Source: an uncultured Clostridia bacterium
GTDB lineage: Bacteria; Bacillota; Clostridia; Christensenellales; UBA3700
DNA: 64,000 bases
Direction of reading: 5' to 3'
Assembly (NCBI GenBank): GCA_947037025.1
Contig: CAMQSU010000005.1
Span: 6,353 to 70,352 of the forward strand
The notes under the pieces were generated by a model that was not told the origin of the DNA, did not search any database, and was given only the letters and a program-made list of their open reading frames with translations. Made by a program: the position numbers and the translations under genes. Of this stretch, positions 48,582-59,093 are shown one piece after another; position 1 is the first letter of the stretch, and every line of letters starts with the position of its first letter.

Positions 48582-49517
48582 ATGTCTAAAAAGAATAATT
48601 ATGAAGAAAAAGATGTAAAAGCAAAAATTGATTCATTTATGCCAGATAAGGCAACTGATGATCCAAAGCAGATACTTAAAAGTGACAAAAAGATATTTAG
48701 TTCAGTATTTATTTCGATAATAACATTAATGATTATCGGGTGGTTTATCAGCGTCATAATCGGGTTTGTAGAAGGCCCTGTGGAGGGTGTGAGAGCGCTC
48801 TTTATTGGAAGTATAGCAACAAGCGTAATATTGTTGCTAACAACGTTAATTATATCAATGGCGCACAATATGTCAAGAACTACAAAAGCGACGATGATAA
48901 TGTGTCAAAAGATATTAGAGTATGAGGAAGAAGATAAAAAGAAGTTAAGTGAAAATGCTGATATAAATAATGCTAGCGAAGTAATGAGTAACGCATCAAA
49001 TTCACCAATAAATAAAGTTATTAATGCAAGCAATAATAACTTGCAAAACCAAAATAATACAATGTCAAATAATGCAAATCAACAAATGGATAATAATCAA
49101 AATATGAATAATAACCAAAACAACACAATGTCAAATAATGCAAATCAACAAATGGATAATAACCAAAACATGAATAATAATCAAAACAACACAAGTCAAA
49201 ATTTCGACAACCAAAGCTATCAAAACCCAGCAAGCGAAAATTTTGAAAATGGAAATATGACAAATGAAAACAACAACAATTTGCCGGAAAATTATATAAA
49301 TGAAAATAACGTTAATAATAGTTATAGTAGTCAAAATCAGGGCGAAGATTGTAACAATTATGATCAAAATTATAACTATTCAGATTATAATCAAGGGGAG
49401 TATCGTGGCGATTACAATGGCTATGAGCAAGCTAGCGGCGAGCAGTATAATAATGAGCATCAAGAAGAAAACGGCAATAATTATAGAGTAAACAATAATA
49501 ATCAAGAAAGAAACTAA
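48582..49517 (+). CDS. membrane protein with long Asn/Gln-rich low-complexity C-terminal domain
   Basis: A GGAGG RBS is present. The product has two hydrophobic helices (IFSSVFISIITLMIIGWFISVIIGFV and ALFIGSIATSVILLLTTLIISMA) followed by about 190 residues dominated by N and Q. Confidence 0.6.
   Translation: MSKKNNYEEKDVKAKIDSFMPDKATDDPKQILKSDKKIFSSVFISIITLMIIGWFISVIIGFVEGPVEGVRALFIGSIATSVILLLTTLIISMAHNMSRTTKATMIMCQKILEYEEEDKKKLSENADINNASEVMSNASNSPINKVINASNNNLQNQNNTMSNNANQQMDNNQNMNNNQNNTMSNNANQQMDNNQNMNNNQNNTSQNFDNQSYQNPASENFENGNMTNENNNNLPENYINENNVNNSYSSQNQGEDCNNYDQNYNYSDYNQGEYRGDYNGYEQASGEQYNNEHQEENGNNYRVNNNNQERN
49059..49202 (+). repeat. 66-bp tandem repeat (two full units plus a partial third)
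   Basis: Units start at 49059 and 49125 (acaatgtcaaataatgcaaatcaacaaatggataataa...), each encoding TMSNNANQQMDNNQNMNNNQNN. A partial third copy starts at 49191. Confidence 0.85.
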
Positions 49518-49603
49518 TTAGCAAATAGAATTAAAGCGGCTAAAAACAACGTTACTAAAATTTTACATGTAAAATTATAGTAATATTTATGAATAATCTA
49601 TGT

Positions 49604-49636
49604 AATGACTTAGGGAAGCCTAAGTCATTTCTATTC
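49604..49636 (+). terminator. terminator after the N/Q-rich protein gene
   Basis: An 11-bp stem aatgacttagg / cctaagtcatt with a GAAG loop. The T tract is weak (tctattc). Confidence 0.7.
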
Positions 49637-49694
49637 AATTTGCTTGTCAATACGCAACAAAAGCATAGATTTTCTATTATATATATTAATTTAT

Positions 49695-49723
49695 TTGACA
49701 CACACGCGTTATTAGTGTATAAT
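49695..49723 (+). promoter_or_regulatory. consensus sigma-A promoter of rpoBC
   Basis: TTGACA (49695-49700), 17-nt spacer ending in TAGTG, TATAAT (49718-49723). A leader of about 130 nt contains two hairpins. Confidence 0.6.
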
Positions 49724-49855
49724 CAAATATTGTAGTATGCGAAATTTCGGCATTTATAGTGCTTAGGGGTTTCGCAGTATGTTTTCTTGTATAAATTGCC
49801 TAATTAGGCGGCTATACAAAATTATTATTTAGATTAATCGGAAGGAGAGTGCAAT

Positions 49856-52800
49856 ATGTCGAATATTCACAAAGTTAATTATGGTAACGTAGAGAGAAAG
49901 TCTTTTAGCAAAGTAGCTGAAACTCTTGAAATACCGTATTTTATCGCTTTGCAAAAGGATTCTTACAAAGATTTCATTGAGCATGGTATCAAGAAAGTCC
50001 TAAAGGATTCTTCTCCTATTTGCGATCACGCAGGTAGGATGGAACTTCATTTCTTAGACTCATATTTTGAGGATAAGCCAAAATACTCTATCAAAGAGTG
50101 CAAGGACAGAGACGCAACTTATGCGGTGCCTCTGAAAGTGAAAGTTCGTCTTATTAAAAAAGACGCGGATAATAACCCAGTAATCACTGATACTGAAGTG
50201 TTTATGGGCGATTTCCCTCTAATGACTGATAGCGGATCATTTATCATCAATGGTGCGGAGCGAGTAATCGTATCGCAGCTAGTTCGTTCACCAGGTATTT
50301 ACTGCGGTAAGTCTGTTGACAAGAATGGTATTGATAGATTTGAGACAACAGTTATACCTAGCCGTGGAGCATGGCTTGAATTTAAGCAAGATGTTAATGA
50401 CATTTTATACGTATCTGTTGACAGAAAGCGTAAGATGCCAGCGACTACTCTTATGCGTGCTCTGGGATTCGGAACTAACAGTGACCTAATTGAGTTATTT
50501 GGTGAGAGCCCAATGCTTGCCGCAACAATCAAGAAAGACTCGACTAACGGATGTGATGACGCTAAAATTGAGCTTTACAAAAAGCTAAAGACTGGCGAGG
50601 TTGCAACTATAGAGGGTATTAATACACTAATCAACAACACTCTTTACGATCCAAAAAGATATGACACTCAACGTGTAGGTAGATACAAGTTTAACAGAAA
50701 GCTTAGTATTGCAGCACGAATTACAGGATACACTGCAGCGGCTGATGTTATCAGTCCTGACGGTGAGATTTTCGCATCAAAAGGCGATGTAATCCTAGCA
50801 GAAGTTGCAAAGAATATCCAGAATGCAGCAATCAACGAAGTATTACTAGTTAATGCAAACGGTGATGGCGGAACTACAAAGATAATCGGTAACAAGAATG
50901 TTGATATCGAGGCTTTTGTTGGCGTTAGCCGAGATGAGCTTGGAATCAACGAGATGGTTTACTACCCAGTACTAGAGCAGCTTATGAAAGACTTCTCTGG
51001 TGATGAGCTTATCGAGCAAATAAAGTTAAACGCTAAAAACTTAGTGGTATTGCATGTAACACTTGATGATGTTATTGCAACAATGTGTTATAGTTTATCA
51101 CATAACTTCGGCTTCGGAACTGTAGACAATATCGATCACTTAGCAAACAGACGTGTACGTGCTGTCGGCGAGCTTTTGAGAAACCAATTACGTATCGGAC
51201 TTGTTAGACTTGACAAGGTTATTAAAGAGCGTATGAGTGTTACTCAAGATGATGGCGAGCAAACTGCACAATCTTACATAAACATTAAACCTGTGACAAG
51301 CGTAATCAAGGAGTTCTTCTGTTCTTCTCAGCTATCACAGTTCATGGATCACCATAACCCAATCGCGGAGCTAGCTCATAAGAGAAGGCTTTCAGCACTA
51401 GGACCTGGTGGACTTAACAGAGAGTGTGCGGGTTTCGAAGTTCGTGACGTGCATCACTCACACTATGGTAGAATGTGTCCGATAGAAACTCCCGAGGGAC
51501 AGAACATCGGATTGATATCTTCACTTGCAACATTTGCACGTGTAAACGAATACGGATTTATCGAGGCGCCTTACCGCAAAGTTGATAAGTCTAACGAAGA
51601 TAAGCACATCGTAACTCATGATGTACATTATTTGCAAGCTGATGAAGAGGATAAATACGTAATAGCACAAGCAAGTGTTGCGCTAAATCCGGATGGTTCT
51701 TTTGCAAGCAAGCGTGCGGTATGCCGTATCCGTGAGGATATCCGTGAAACTGAAAGTTCTAGAGTTGATTATATCGACGTTAGTCCAAAGCAGTTGGTAT
51801 CAGTAGCAGCAGCGCTTATCCCATTCCTTGAGAATGACGATACATCACGTGCACTGATGGGTTCAAACATGCAGAGGCAGGCAGTGCCTCTAATCAAAAC
51901 AGATTCACCAATTATAGGTACTGGTATTGAGCACCGTATCGCACTTGATAGTGGCGCATGTCATGTATCAAAGCGTGATGGTGAAGTAAGTTATGTTGAT
52001 GGAACTCGCATCGTTGTCACTGGTGATGATGGTATTAATGATGAGTTTATCATGCGTAAGTTTGAGCGTTCAAATCAAAGCACATGCGTAAATCAACGCC
52101 CAATAGTTAATGTTGGACAACGAGTTAGCCGTGGCGAGATAATCGCTGATGGTCCAGCAACTTCTAAGGGAGAGCTAGCACTAGGTAAAAACATTCTTAT
52201 CGGCTTCATGTCATGGGAAGGTTACAACTATGAGGATGCGATTCTAATTAGTGAGGACTTAGTTAAAGATGATATATTCACTTCAATCCATATTGAGGAG
52301 TATGTAATCGAATCTCGTGATAGCAGATTAGGTGCGGAGCAAATCACTCGTGATATCCCTAACTTAAGTGATGATATGATTAAAAACCTTGATGAGGAAG
52401 GAATTATCCAAGTGGGTAGTGAAGTTCGCTCACAAGATATATTAGTTGGTAAAGTTACACCAAAGGGCGAGGCGGATCCTACTCCAGAGGAGAGGTTACT
52501 TCGTGCAATGTTCGGTGAGAAATCTCGTGATGTTCGCGATACTTCTCTAAGACTTGATAACGGACAACATGGCGTAGTAGTAGATGTTAAAGTCTTTACT
52601 CGTGCAAATAAAGATGAGTTATCTCCAGGCGTTAAAATGAAAGTTGTAGTATACGTTGCACAAAAACGTAAGCTAGGCGTAGGAGATAAGATGGCGGGTC
52701 GTCACGGAAATAAGGGTGTAGTATCAAGGGTTTTACCTAAAGAAGATATGCCATTTATGGAAGACGGAACACCACTTCAAATAGTTCTTAATCCACTAGG

Positions 52801-53746
52801 AGTTCCTTCACGTATGAATATCGGACAGGTACTTGAGGTGCATTTGGGTTATGTTGCTAAGCTACTTGGCTGGAAGATTGAAACTCCAGTATTTGATGGC
52901 GCATCAGAGCATGACATTAAAGAATTACTTGAGGAAAACAGCCTTGACGTTGACGGAAAGCTACAGCTTTACGATGGAAGAACAGGCGAAAAATTTGAAA
53001 ACCGCGTAACAGTAGGTTACATGTATATGCTAAAACTTATCCATCTAGTTGATGATAAAATCCATGCACGTGCAACAGGTTCATACTCACTAATCACTCA
53101 ACAACCACTAGGCGGAAAAGCCCAGTTCGGTGGACAGAGATTCGGAGAGATGGAGGTTTGGGCACTAGAGGCATACGGTGCATCACGTATCTTGCAGGAG
53201 ATTCTGACAGTTAAGTCGGATGACGTTGAAGGTAGAACTAATATTTATAACGCAATCGTTAGCGGAAATCCTATCTGTGAGCCAGGAATACCTGAGTCTT
53301 TCAAGGTACTTATCCGTGAGTTCAGGTCACTATGTCTTGATGTTCGTGCTCTTAACGAGAACCGCGATGAAATCAGCCTAGATACATATAGCGCTAAGCT
53401 AAATATGCGTCAAGAAGTTGATAATCGTGAGCTTAAAGAGGTTTCAATCGGCTTTGCTGAAGGAAGTGAGGAGCTTGACATATTCGGTAGCGACGTTTCT
53501 GATGACTTTGCGTCAATGGGAGACGATGCCGCAGATGAGGATATCTTCGGTTTCACAATGGAATCAGACGAAGCAGATGATAGTGATTTTGATGGTAGCG
53601 AGTTGTTCGACATTGGTTCAAGCGATGACGCTTCAGCTAATGACGAAGCTGCTGAGAATGATGATATCTTCGGTATCAATGATACTGAAACTGATACTGA
53701 TGCTAGCGCTGAGTTAGTTATCAATTTAGACTCAGATAATGAGTAA
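49856..53746 (+). CDS. rpoB: DNA-directed RNA polymerase subunit beta (with 121-aa acidic C-terminal tail)
   Basis: The 1296-aa product has canonical blocks throughout, for example [50 protein letters not shown] and [18 protein letters not shown]. Confidence 0.97.
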   Translation: MSNIHKVNYGNVERKSFSKVAETLEIPYFIALQKDSYKDFIEHGIKKVLKDSSPICDHAGRMELHFLDSYFEDKPKYSIKECKDRDATYAVPLKVKVRLIKKDADNNPVITDTEVFMGDFPLMTDSGSFIINGAERVIVSQLVRSPGIYCGKSVDKNGIDRFETTVIPSRGAWLEFKQDVNDILYVSVDRKRKMPATTLMRALGFGTNSDLIELFGESPMLAATIKKDSTNGCDDAKIELYKKLKTGEVATIEGINTLINNTLYDPKRYDTQRVGRYKFNRKLSIAARITGYTAAADVISPDGEIFASKGDVILAEVAKNIQNAAINEVLLVNANGDGGTTKIIGNKNVDIEAFVGVSRDELGINEMVYYPVLEQLMKDFSGDELIEQIKLNAKNLVVLHVTLDDVIATMCYSLSHNFGFGTVDNIDHLANRRVRAVGELLRNQLRIGLVRLDKVIKERMSVTQDDGEQTAQSYINIKPVTSVIKEFFCSSQLSQFMDHHNPIAELAHKRRLSALGPGGLNRECAGFEVRDVHHSHYGRMCPIETPEGQNIGLISSLATFARVNEYGFIEAPYRKVDKSNEDKHIVTHDVHYLQADEEDKYVIAQASVALNPDGSFASKRAVCRIREDIRETESSRVDYIDVSPKQLVSVAAALIPFLENDDTSRALMGSNMQRQAVPLIKTDSPIIGTGIEHRIALDSGACHVSKRDGEVSYVDGTRIVVTGDDGINDEFIMRKFERSNQSTCVNQRPIVNVGQRVSRGEIIADGPATSKGELALGKNILIGFMSWEGYNYEDAILISEDLVKDDIFTSIHIEEYVIESRDSRLGAEQITRDIPNLSDDMIKNLDEEGIIQVGSEVRSQDILVGKVTPKGEADPTPEERLLRAMFGEKSRDVRDTSLRLDNGQHGVVVDVKVFTRANKDELSPGVKMKVVVYVAQKRKLGVGDKMAGRHGNKGVVSRVLPKEDMPFMEDGTPLQIVLNPLGVPSRMNIGQVLEVHLGYVAKLLGWKIETPVFDGASEHDIKELLEENSLDVDGKLQLYDGRTGEKFENRVTVGYMYMLKLIHLVDDKIHARATGSYSLITQQPLGGKAQFGGQRFGEMEVWALEAYGASRILQEILTVKSDDVEGRTNIYNAIVSGNPICEPGIPESFKVLIREFRSLCLDVRALNENRDEISLDTYSAKLNMRQEVDNRELKEVSIGFAEGSEELDIFGSDVSDDFASMGDDAADEDIFGFTMESDEADDSDFDGSELFDIGSSDDASANDEAAENDDIFGINDTETDTDASAELVINLDSDNE

Positions 53747-53760
53747 TTGGAGGTTAAGTA

Positions 53761-56700
53761 ATGTTCGAGTTAAATAACTTTAGTTCAATACAAATAGGTG
53801 TAGCCTCTCCAGAGAAAATTCGTGAGTGGTCTAAGGGCGAAGTAGTTAATGGCGAAACTATTAATTACAGAACTCAAAAACCTGAAAAAGGCGGTCTTTT
53901 CTGTGAGATTATCTTCGGACCTATCCGCAGTGGCGAGTGTAGTTGCGGCAGATACAAAAAGAAGTATACAGGCACAGTCTGTGATAAATGTGGCGTTCTA
54001 GTTACTGATAGTAAAGTACGTCGTGAGCGTATGGGACATATCGAGCTAGCTGCACCAGTATCACATATTTGGTACTATAAAGGTGCACCTAGTGCAATCG
54101 CAATGTGTCTTGACGTAGCCGTTAAAGAGCTTGACGATGTATTATATCTTAATAAATTTATCGTAATTGATCCAGGTAAAACTGAGTTTACATATAAGCA
54201 AGTAATCAACGATGAGCTATACCGTGAGGCGGTAGCAGAGTATGGCCGTAACAGCTTTAAGGCTGCTATGGGAGCTGCCGCAGTTAAAGAGCTTTTAGCT
54301 GTAATCGACCTTGATGCAGAGTCAGAAAAGTTGAAGAAAAATGTTGCTGTTTTTGAAGGTGCGAAAAAGCTTAAAGCTGCTAAAAGACTTGATTTTATCG
54401 AGTCATTTAGACTAAGCGGAAACCGCCCTGAGTGGATGGTACTTGATGTAATTCCAGTAATCCCACCAGAAATCAGACCAATGGTACCACTAGATGGTGG
54501 TAGATATGCGGCATCTGATCTTAACGATTTATATCGTAGAGTAATCAACCGTAACAAACGTTTGAAAAAGCATATCGAGCAGGGCGCTCCAGATCTAGTT
54601 GTTCGTAACGAGAAAAGAATGCTTCAAGAAGCAGTCGATGCGTTATTTGATAATGGCCGTCGCGGCAAAGCAACTACAGGTCCAGGTGGGCGTGAGCTTA
54701 AATCATTAACAGGCATGCTAAAAGGTAAACAAGGACGTTTCCGTCAAAACCTTTTAGGTAAGCGTGTTGATTATTCAGGCCGTTCTGTTATCGTCGTTGG
54801 TCCAGAGCTTAAAATGTATCAATGTGGACTACCTAAGGAGATGGCTTTAGAGCTTTTCAAACCTTTCGTAATCAAAAAATTAGTAGAGTACAATCACTGC
54901 GCAAACATCCGTGTTGCTCGTAAATTCGTTATGAAAGCGACAACAGCAGTATGGAATATTTTAGAGGACGTAATCAAGGACCATCCAGTTCTTTTAAACC
55001 GTGCTCCGACTTTGCATAGACTTGGTATCCAAGCCTTTGAACCTATCCTTGTAGAAGGTCGTGCTATTAAACTTCATCCACTTGCTTGTGGTGCGTTCAA
55101 TGCCGATTTCGATGGAGATCAAATGGCGGTACATGTACCACTAAGTTTAGAGGCACAAGCTGAGGCAAGATTCCTAATGCTTGCAACAAACAATATCCTA
55201 AAACTTTCTGATGGTAATCCTATCGTTGCCCCTTCACAGGATATGGTAATAGGAGCATACTACTTATCTATTGACAGAAATGCACTAGTTAAGAAAGAGG
55301 ATAATACTATTGAGGAAGTTGAGGCAAGTCAGTATTTTGCACGTATCAAAGAGGGCGAAAATTTAAAGCTTAGAGCTTTCAAAAGTTTTAACGAAGCATT
55401 GATGGCATATCAGCTAAAAGAAATTGGTCTTCAAGATATCGTTTCAATCCGTCGTGAGATGAATGTTGAAATTGATGTATACGGAACAAAAATCAACAAG
55501 CTTTATTCAAAAAATATTATCTCAACAGTAGGTAGATTTATCTTTAACGAAGCGATTCCACAGGATTTAGCATTCACTAAGAGATATGATCAAAATAAGG
55601 ATATCTGTACGGACGAGACAAGCAGCGATTATAACAATCCGCTACTTAACTTAGACCTTGAGATAGACTTCCTTGTAGGCAAAAATCAGCTATCAAGAAT
55701 AGTTGAAAATTGTTTCAAATACAAGGGCGCTACAGAAACTGCAACAGTACTAGATAAAATCAAATCATTAGGATTCAAGTATTCAACTATCGGTGCAATA
55801 ACAACATCAGTATTTGATATGCACATTCCAGATGAGAAGTATGTTATCGTTGCTGATGCGGAGAAGAAAATTCTTGAAATCGAGAAGAAGCACCGTCGTG
55901 GTCTTCTAACTGAGAATGATAGATATAATCAAGTAATTGATACATGGACAAAGGCAAAGGACGAGGTTAATAACCTGCTAGAAGGCGGCGCATTAGGCAA
56001 GTTCAACCCAATATACATGATGGCGGATTCTGGTGCCCGTGGTAGCATGAGACAGATAGCGCAGTTATGTGGTATGCGTGGACTAGTAGCAAATACAGCA
56101 GGTAAAACAGTAGAGCTTCCAATCAAGTCAAACTACCGTGAGGGATTATCAGTACTAGAGTACTTTACATCTTCGCATGGTGGACGAAAAGGTCTTGCGG
56201 ATACAGCACTAAAAACAGCGAACTCAGGATACCTAACACGTAGATTAGTTGACGTTGCACAAGATTGTATTATTAATGAAGAAGATTGTTTAGATACAAA
56301 GGGCTTTATCGTTACTGCAATAATGGCAGCCGATAGTAGCAAGCCACTTGAGCCTATCAATGACAGAATCAGAGGTCGTATATGTATGGATGATATCGTA
56401 CACCCAGAAACGGGCGAGATAATTATCCCAGCAAATAGCATGCTTACTAAAGATGAAGCAATAGAAGTTGAGGCTGCAGGCGTTAAGTCAGTACGTATCA
56501 GAAGTATGCTATCATGTAGATCAAAGCACGGCGTATGTGCAAAGTGTTATGGTGCTAATATGGCATCAAACAACATTGTTAAAATCGGTGAGGCCGTCGG
56601 CGTAATCGCAGCACAGTCAATCGGTGAGCCAGGAACTCAGCTTACAATGAGAACGTTCCATACCGGTGGTATCGCAACAGCTGATGATATTACACAAGGT

Positions 56701-57621
56701 CTACCACGTGTCGAGGAGCTTTTTGAGGTTCGCCGTCCAGGTGGAGAGGCAATACTATCAGAGATTGATGGTAGCGTATATCATGACAAAGAGAAACGAG
56801 TTATCACTATTACTATGAGTAATGGCGAAACTAAAGAATACAAGTATAATCACGGCCAAAAAGTTACTGTTGAAAATGGTGACAAGGTCGAAGCGGGCAC
56901 ACCACTTACAAAAGGTAGTGTATTCCCACAAGATATGCTAAGAACTCGTGGAGTTAAGGGTGTTCAGGACTACCTAATTAAGGAAGTTCAGTCAGCATAC
57001 CGTACATCAGGTGTTCAAATCAATGATAAGCATACAGAGATTATCATTCGTCAAATGCTAAGAAAAGTTCGTATAGAAACTCAGGGCGACACTGATATGT
57101 TGACTGGTGATTTATACAATATCTTCAAATATGAGGATAACAATGAAAAAGCTCTTGTAGCTGGTGGCGCGCCAGCAACGGCTAAGCGTACACTACTAGG
57201 AATTACTAAAGCATCACTTGCTACAGATTCATTCCTATCAGCAGCATCATTCCAGGAAACTGCAAAGGTTCTAACGAATGCGGCTATCAAAAACAAGACA
57301 GATTACCTTGTAGGACTAAAAGAGAATGTACTACTAGGCAAAGTTATCCCAGCAGGAACTGGTATGAAATGTTACCAAAATGTAGATGCAACTTTTGTTG
57401 ATGGTCTTGACCTTAACATTAATGAGTCTGATGAGTACATTGATTATGAGGGACTAGATTTGGAGCAAGGCGAAACTTCACAAGAAGATGTAGCAAGCTA
57501 TATTAAAGAGATGGGCGACATAGAAACTTCAGCATTTGCAGGTTTAACTGTTGCAGAAGAGGAAAAAGCCGTTACTTCTTTAGATGAATTATTCTCATTC
57601 GGAAACAAAGAAAAAGAGTAA
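53761..57621 (+). CDS. rpoC: DNA-directed RNA polymerase subunit beta-prime (with 78-aa acidic C-terminal tail)
   Basis: The 1286-aa product has the zinc-binding CSCGRYKK...CDKCGV block, the catalytic [12 protein letters not shown] block, and the trigger-loop region [16 protein letters not shown]. Confidence 0.97.
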   Translation: MFELNNFSSIQIGVASPEKIREWSKGEVVNGETINYRTQKPEKGGLFCEIIFGPIRSGECSCGRYKKKYTGTVCDKCGVLVTDSKVRRERMGHIELAAPVSHIWYYKGAPSAIAMCLDVAVKELDDVLYLNKFIVIDPGKTEFTYKQVINDELYREAVAEYGRNSFKAAMGAAAVKELLAVIDLDAESEKLKKNVAVFEGAKKLKAAKRLDFIESFRLSGNRPEWMVLDVIPVIPPEIRPMVPLDGGRYAASDLNDLYRRVINRNKRLKKHIEQGAPDLVVRNEKRMLQEAVDALFDNGRRGKATTGPGGRELKSLTGMLKGKQGRFRQNLLGKRVDYSGRSVIVVGPELKMYQCGLPKEMALELFKPFVIKKLVEYNHCANIRVARKFVMKATTAVWNILEDVIKDHPVLLNRAPTLHRLGIQAFEPILVEGRAIKLHPLACGAFNADFDGDQMAVHVPLSLEAQAEARFLMLATNNILKLSDGNPIVAPSQDMVIGAYYLSIDRNALVKKEDNTIEEVEASQYFARIKEGENLKLRAFKSFNEALMAYQLKEIGLQDIVSIRREMNVEIDVYGTKINKLYSKNIISTVGRFIFNEAIPQDLAFTKRYDQNKDICTDETSSDYNNPLLNLDLEIDFLVGKNQLSRIVENCFKYKGATETATVLDKIKSLGFKYSTIGAITTSVFDMHIPDEKYVIVADAEKKILEIEKKHRRGLLTENDRYNQVIDTWTKAKDEVNNLLEGGALGKFNPIYMMADSGARGSMRQIAQLCGMRGLVANTAGKTVELPIKSNYREGLSVLEYFTSSHGGRKGLADTALKTANSGYLTRRLVDVAQDCIINEEDCLDTKGFIVTAIMAADSSKPLEPINDRIRGRICMDDIVHPETGEIIIPANSMLTKDEAIEVEAAGVKSVRIRSMLSCRSKHGVCAKCYGANMASNNIVKIGEAVGVIAAQSIGEPGTQLTMRTFHTGGIATADDITQGLPRVEELFEVRRPGGEAILSEIDGSVYHDKEKRVITITMSNGETKEYKYNHGQKVTVENGDKVEAGTPLTKGSVFPQDMLRTRGVKGVQDYLIKEVQSAYRTSGVQINDKHTEIIIRQMLRKVRIETQGDTDMLTGDLYNIFKYEDNNEKALVAGGAPATAKRTLLGITKASLATDSFLSAASFQETAKVLTNAAIKNKTDYLVGLKENVLLGKVIPAGTGMKCYQNVDATFVDGLDLNINESDEYIDYEGLDLEQGETSQEDVASYIKEMGDIETSAFAGLTVAEEEKAVTSLDELFSFGNKEKE

Positions 57622-57734
57622 TTAAAACAAGCTTTAATAACCAATTGTTATATTATGCACTTCAGAAATAACAAACAGTTATAAAAGGTAGCTGCAAAAG
57701 ATGTGGCAAAAAACAAAAGTTAACAAAATTTAAT

Positions 57735-57838
57735 AAATCTATTGTGAGTTACAGGAGGGATCGGACCCGTTAATTGTACAGCAACCGACTTTGTGAGGTG
57801 CTAATTTCCGCAAGATTAAATCTTGGAAGATAGAGTGA
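57735..57838 (+). promoter_or_regulatory. SAM-I (S-box) riboswitch aptamer
   Basis: The conserved S-box blocks are present in order: TCTAT..GAG...GGAGGGA.CGGACCCG.....CAGCAACC......GGTGCTAATTTCCGCA......GAAGATAGA. The aptamer lies upstream of metK. Confidence 0.85.
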
Positions 57839-57851
57839 TTATATAAACTAT

Positions 57852-57884
57852 AAGACTACTATCGAAAGATGGTAGTCTTTTTGT
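57852..57884 (+). terminator. riboswitch expression-platform terminator
   Basis: A 12-bp stem aagactactatc / gatggtagtctt with a GAAA loop, followed by ttt, 30 nt before the metK ATG. Confidence 0.85.
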
Positions 57885-57914
57885 AACAAGACAATATAAA
57901 ATGGAGAAAGACAA

Positions 57915-59093
57915 ATGAATAGAAGATTTTTTACAAGTGAGAGTGTTACGGAAGGACACCCAGATAAATTATGTGATAAAGTATCAGATAGCGTATTAGA
58001 TGCAATCTATGCGCAAGATAAAATGGCGAGGGTTGCGTGCGAAACTTGCTGCAACACAGGCTTTGTAATGGTAATGGGCGAAATATCAACTACAGCAGTA
58101 GTGGATATTGCCGATGTAGTTAGAAAAGCTGTATGTGATATCGGATATGACAATAGCGAAGTAGGATTTAACGGCAACACATGCGCCGTTATGCTTAGCA
58201 TTGATAAGCAATCTCCTGATATCGCACTAGGTGTAGATAACAGTGTTGAGGTTAGAGATGGCGGGGATAAAAATGATCAAAACGGTGCAGGCGATCAAGG
58301 AATGATGTTTGGTTATGCAACTAACGAAACAGATTCACTAATGCCAATGCCAATTTATCTAGCGCACAAATTATCTGCAAAACTAACTGAAGTTAGAAAG
58401 TCAAAGCAGTTAACATACTTGCGTCCTGATGGCAAAACTCAAGTTACTATTGAGTATATTGATGACAAACCAAGCAGAGTTGATGCGGTAGTAGTATCTA
58501 CTCAGCACAGCGAGGATGTCGATTTAGAAACTATCAGACGCGACATTAAAGAGCATGTAATTATGCAGGTTATACCAGCTAATTTGATTGATGAAAATAC
58601 TAAATTCTACATTAATCCTACTGGCAGATTCGTCGTTGGCGGGCCTGCTGGCGATAGCGGTCTTACTGGACGAAAGATTATTGTTGATACTTACGGCGGA
58701 TATTGCCCTCATGGCGGTGGAGCGTTTAGCGGAAAAGACCCAACAAAAGTTGATAGGTCAGCTGCGTACATGGCAAGACACGTTTGCAAAAATATCGTAG
58801 CAAGTGGCATTGCTGATAAATGTCAGCTTGATATTGCATATGCAATCGGAGTTGCAAAACCTGTATCAGTTCAAGTAAATACTTTTGGAACAAGCAAGTA
58901 CAATAATGAGCAAATTCAATTTATTATTGACAAGGTTTTTGACCTTCGCCCATCTGCGCTAATTGAATATCTAGGACTTAGAGCTCCGGTATATGCAAAA
59001 ACATCTAATTACGGACATTTTGGCCGTGATGGATTTAGCTGGGAAGCGACAAATAAAGCAAAAGAAATCGCACAAATTGCGAAAACACTTTAA
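57915..59093 (+). CDS. metK: S-adenosylmethionine synthetase
   Basis: [46 protein letters not shown] and [16 protein letters not shown] are all present. Confidence 0.96.
   Translation: MNRRFFTSESVTEGHPDKLCDKVSDSVLDAIYAQDKMARVACETCCNTGFVMVMGEISTTAVVDIADVVRKAVCDIGYDNSEVGFNGNTCAVMLSIDKQSPDIALGVDNSVEVRDGGDKNDQNGAGDQGMMFGYATNETDSLMPMPIYLAHKLSAKLTEVRKSKQLTYLRPDGKTQVTIEYIDDKPSRVDAVVVSTQHSEDVDLETIRRDIKEHVIMQVIPANLIDENTKFYINPTGRFVVGGPAGDSGLTGRKIIVDTYGGYCPHGGGAFSGKDPTKVDRSAAYMARHVCKNIVASGIADKCQLDIAYAIGVAKPVSVQVNTFGTSKYNNEQIQFIIDKVFDLRPSALIEYLGLRAPVYAKTSNYGHFGRDGFSWEATNKAKEIAQIAKTL

Noticed and set aside
53418-53717. A 99-aa alternative-frame + strand ORF and a 104-aa antisense ORF inside the rpoB tail region.
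   Set aside because: They arise from the biased D/E/S codon repeats of the acidic tail. There is no RBS and no independent support.
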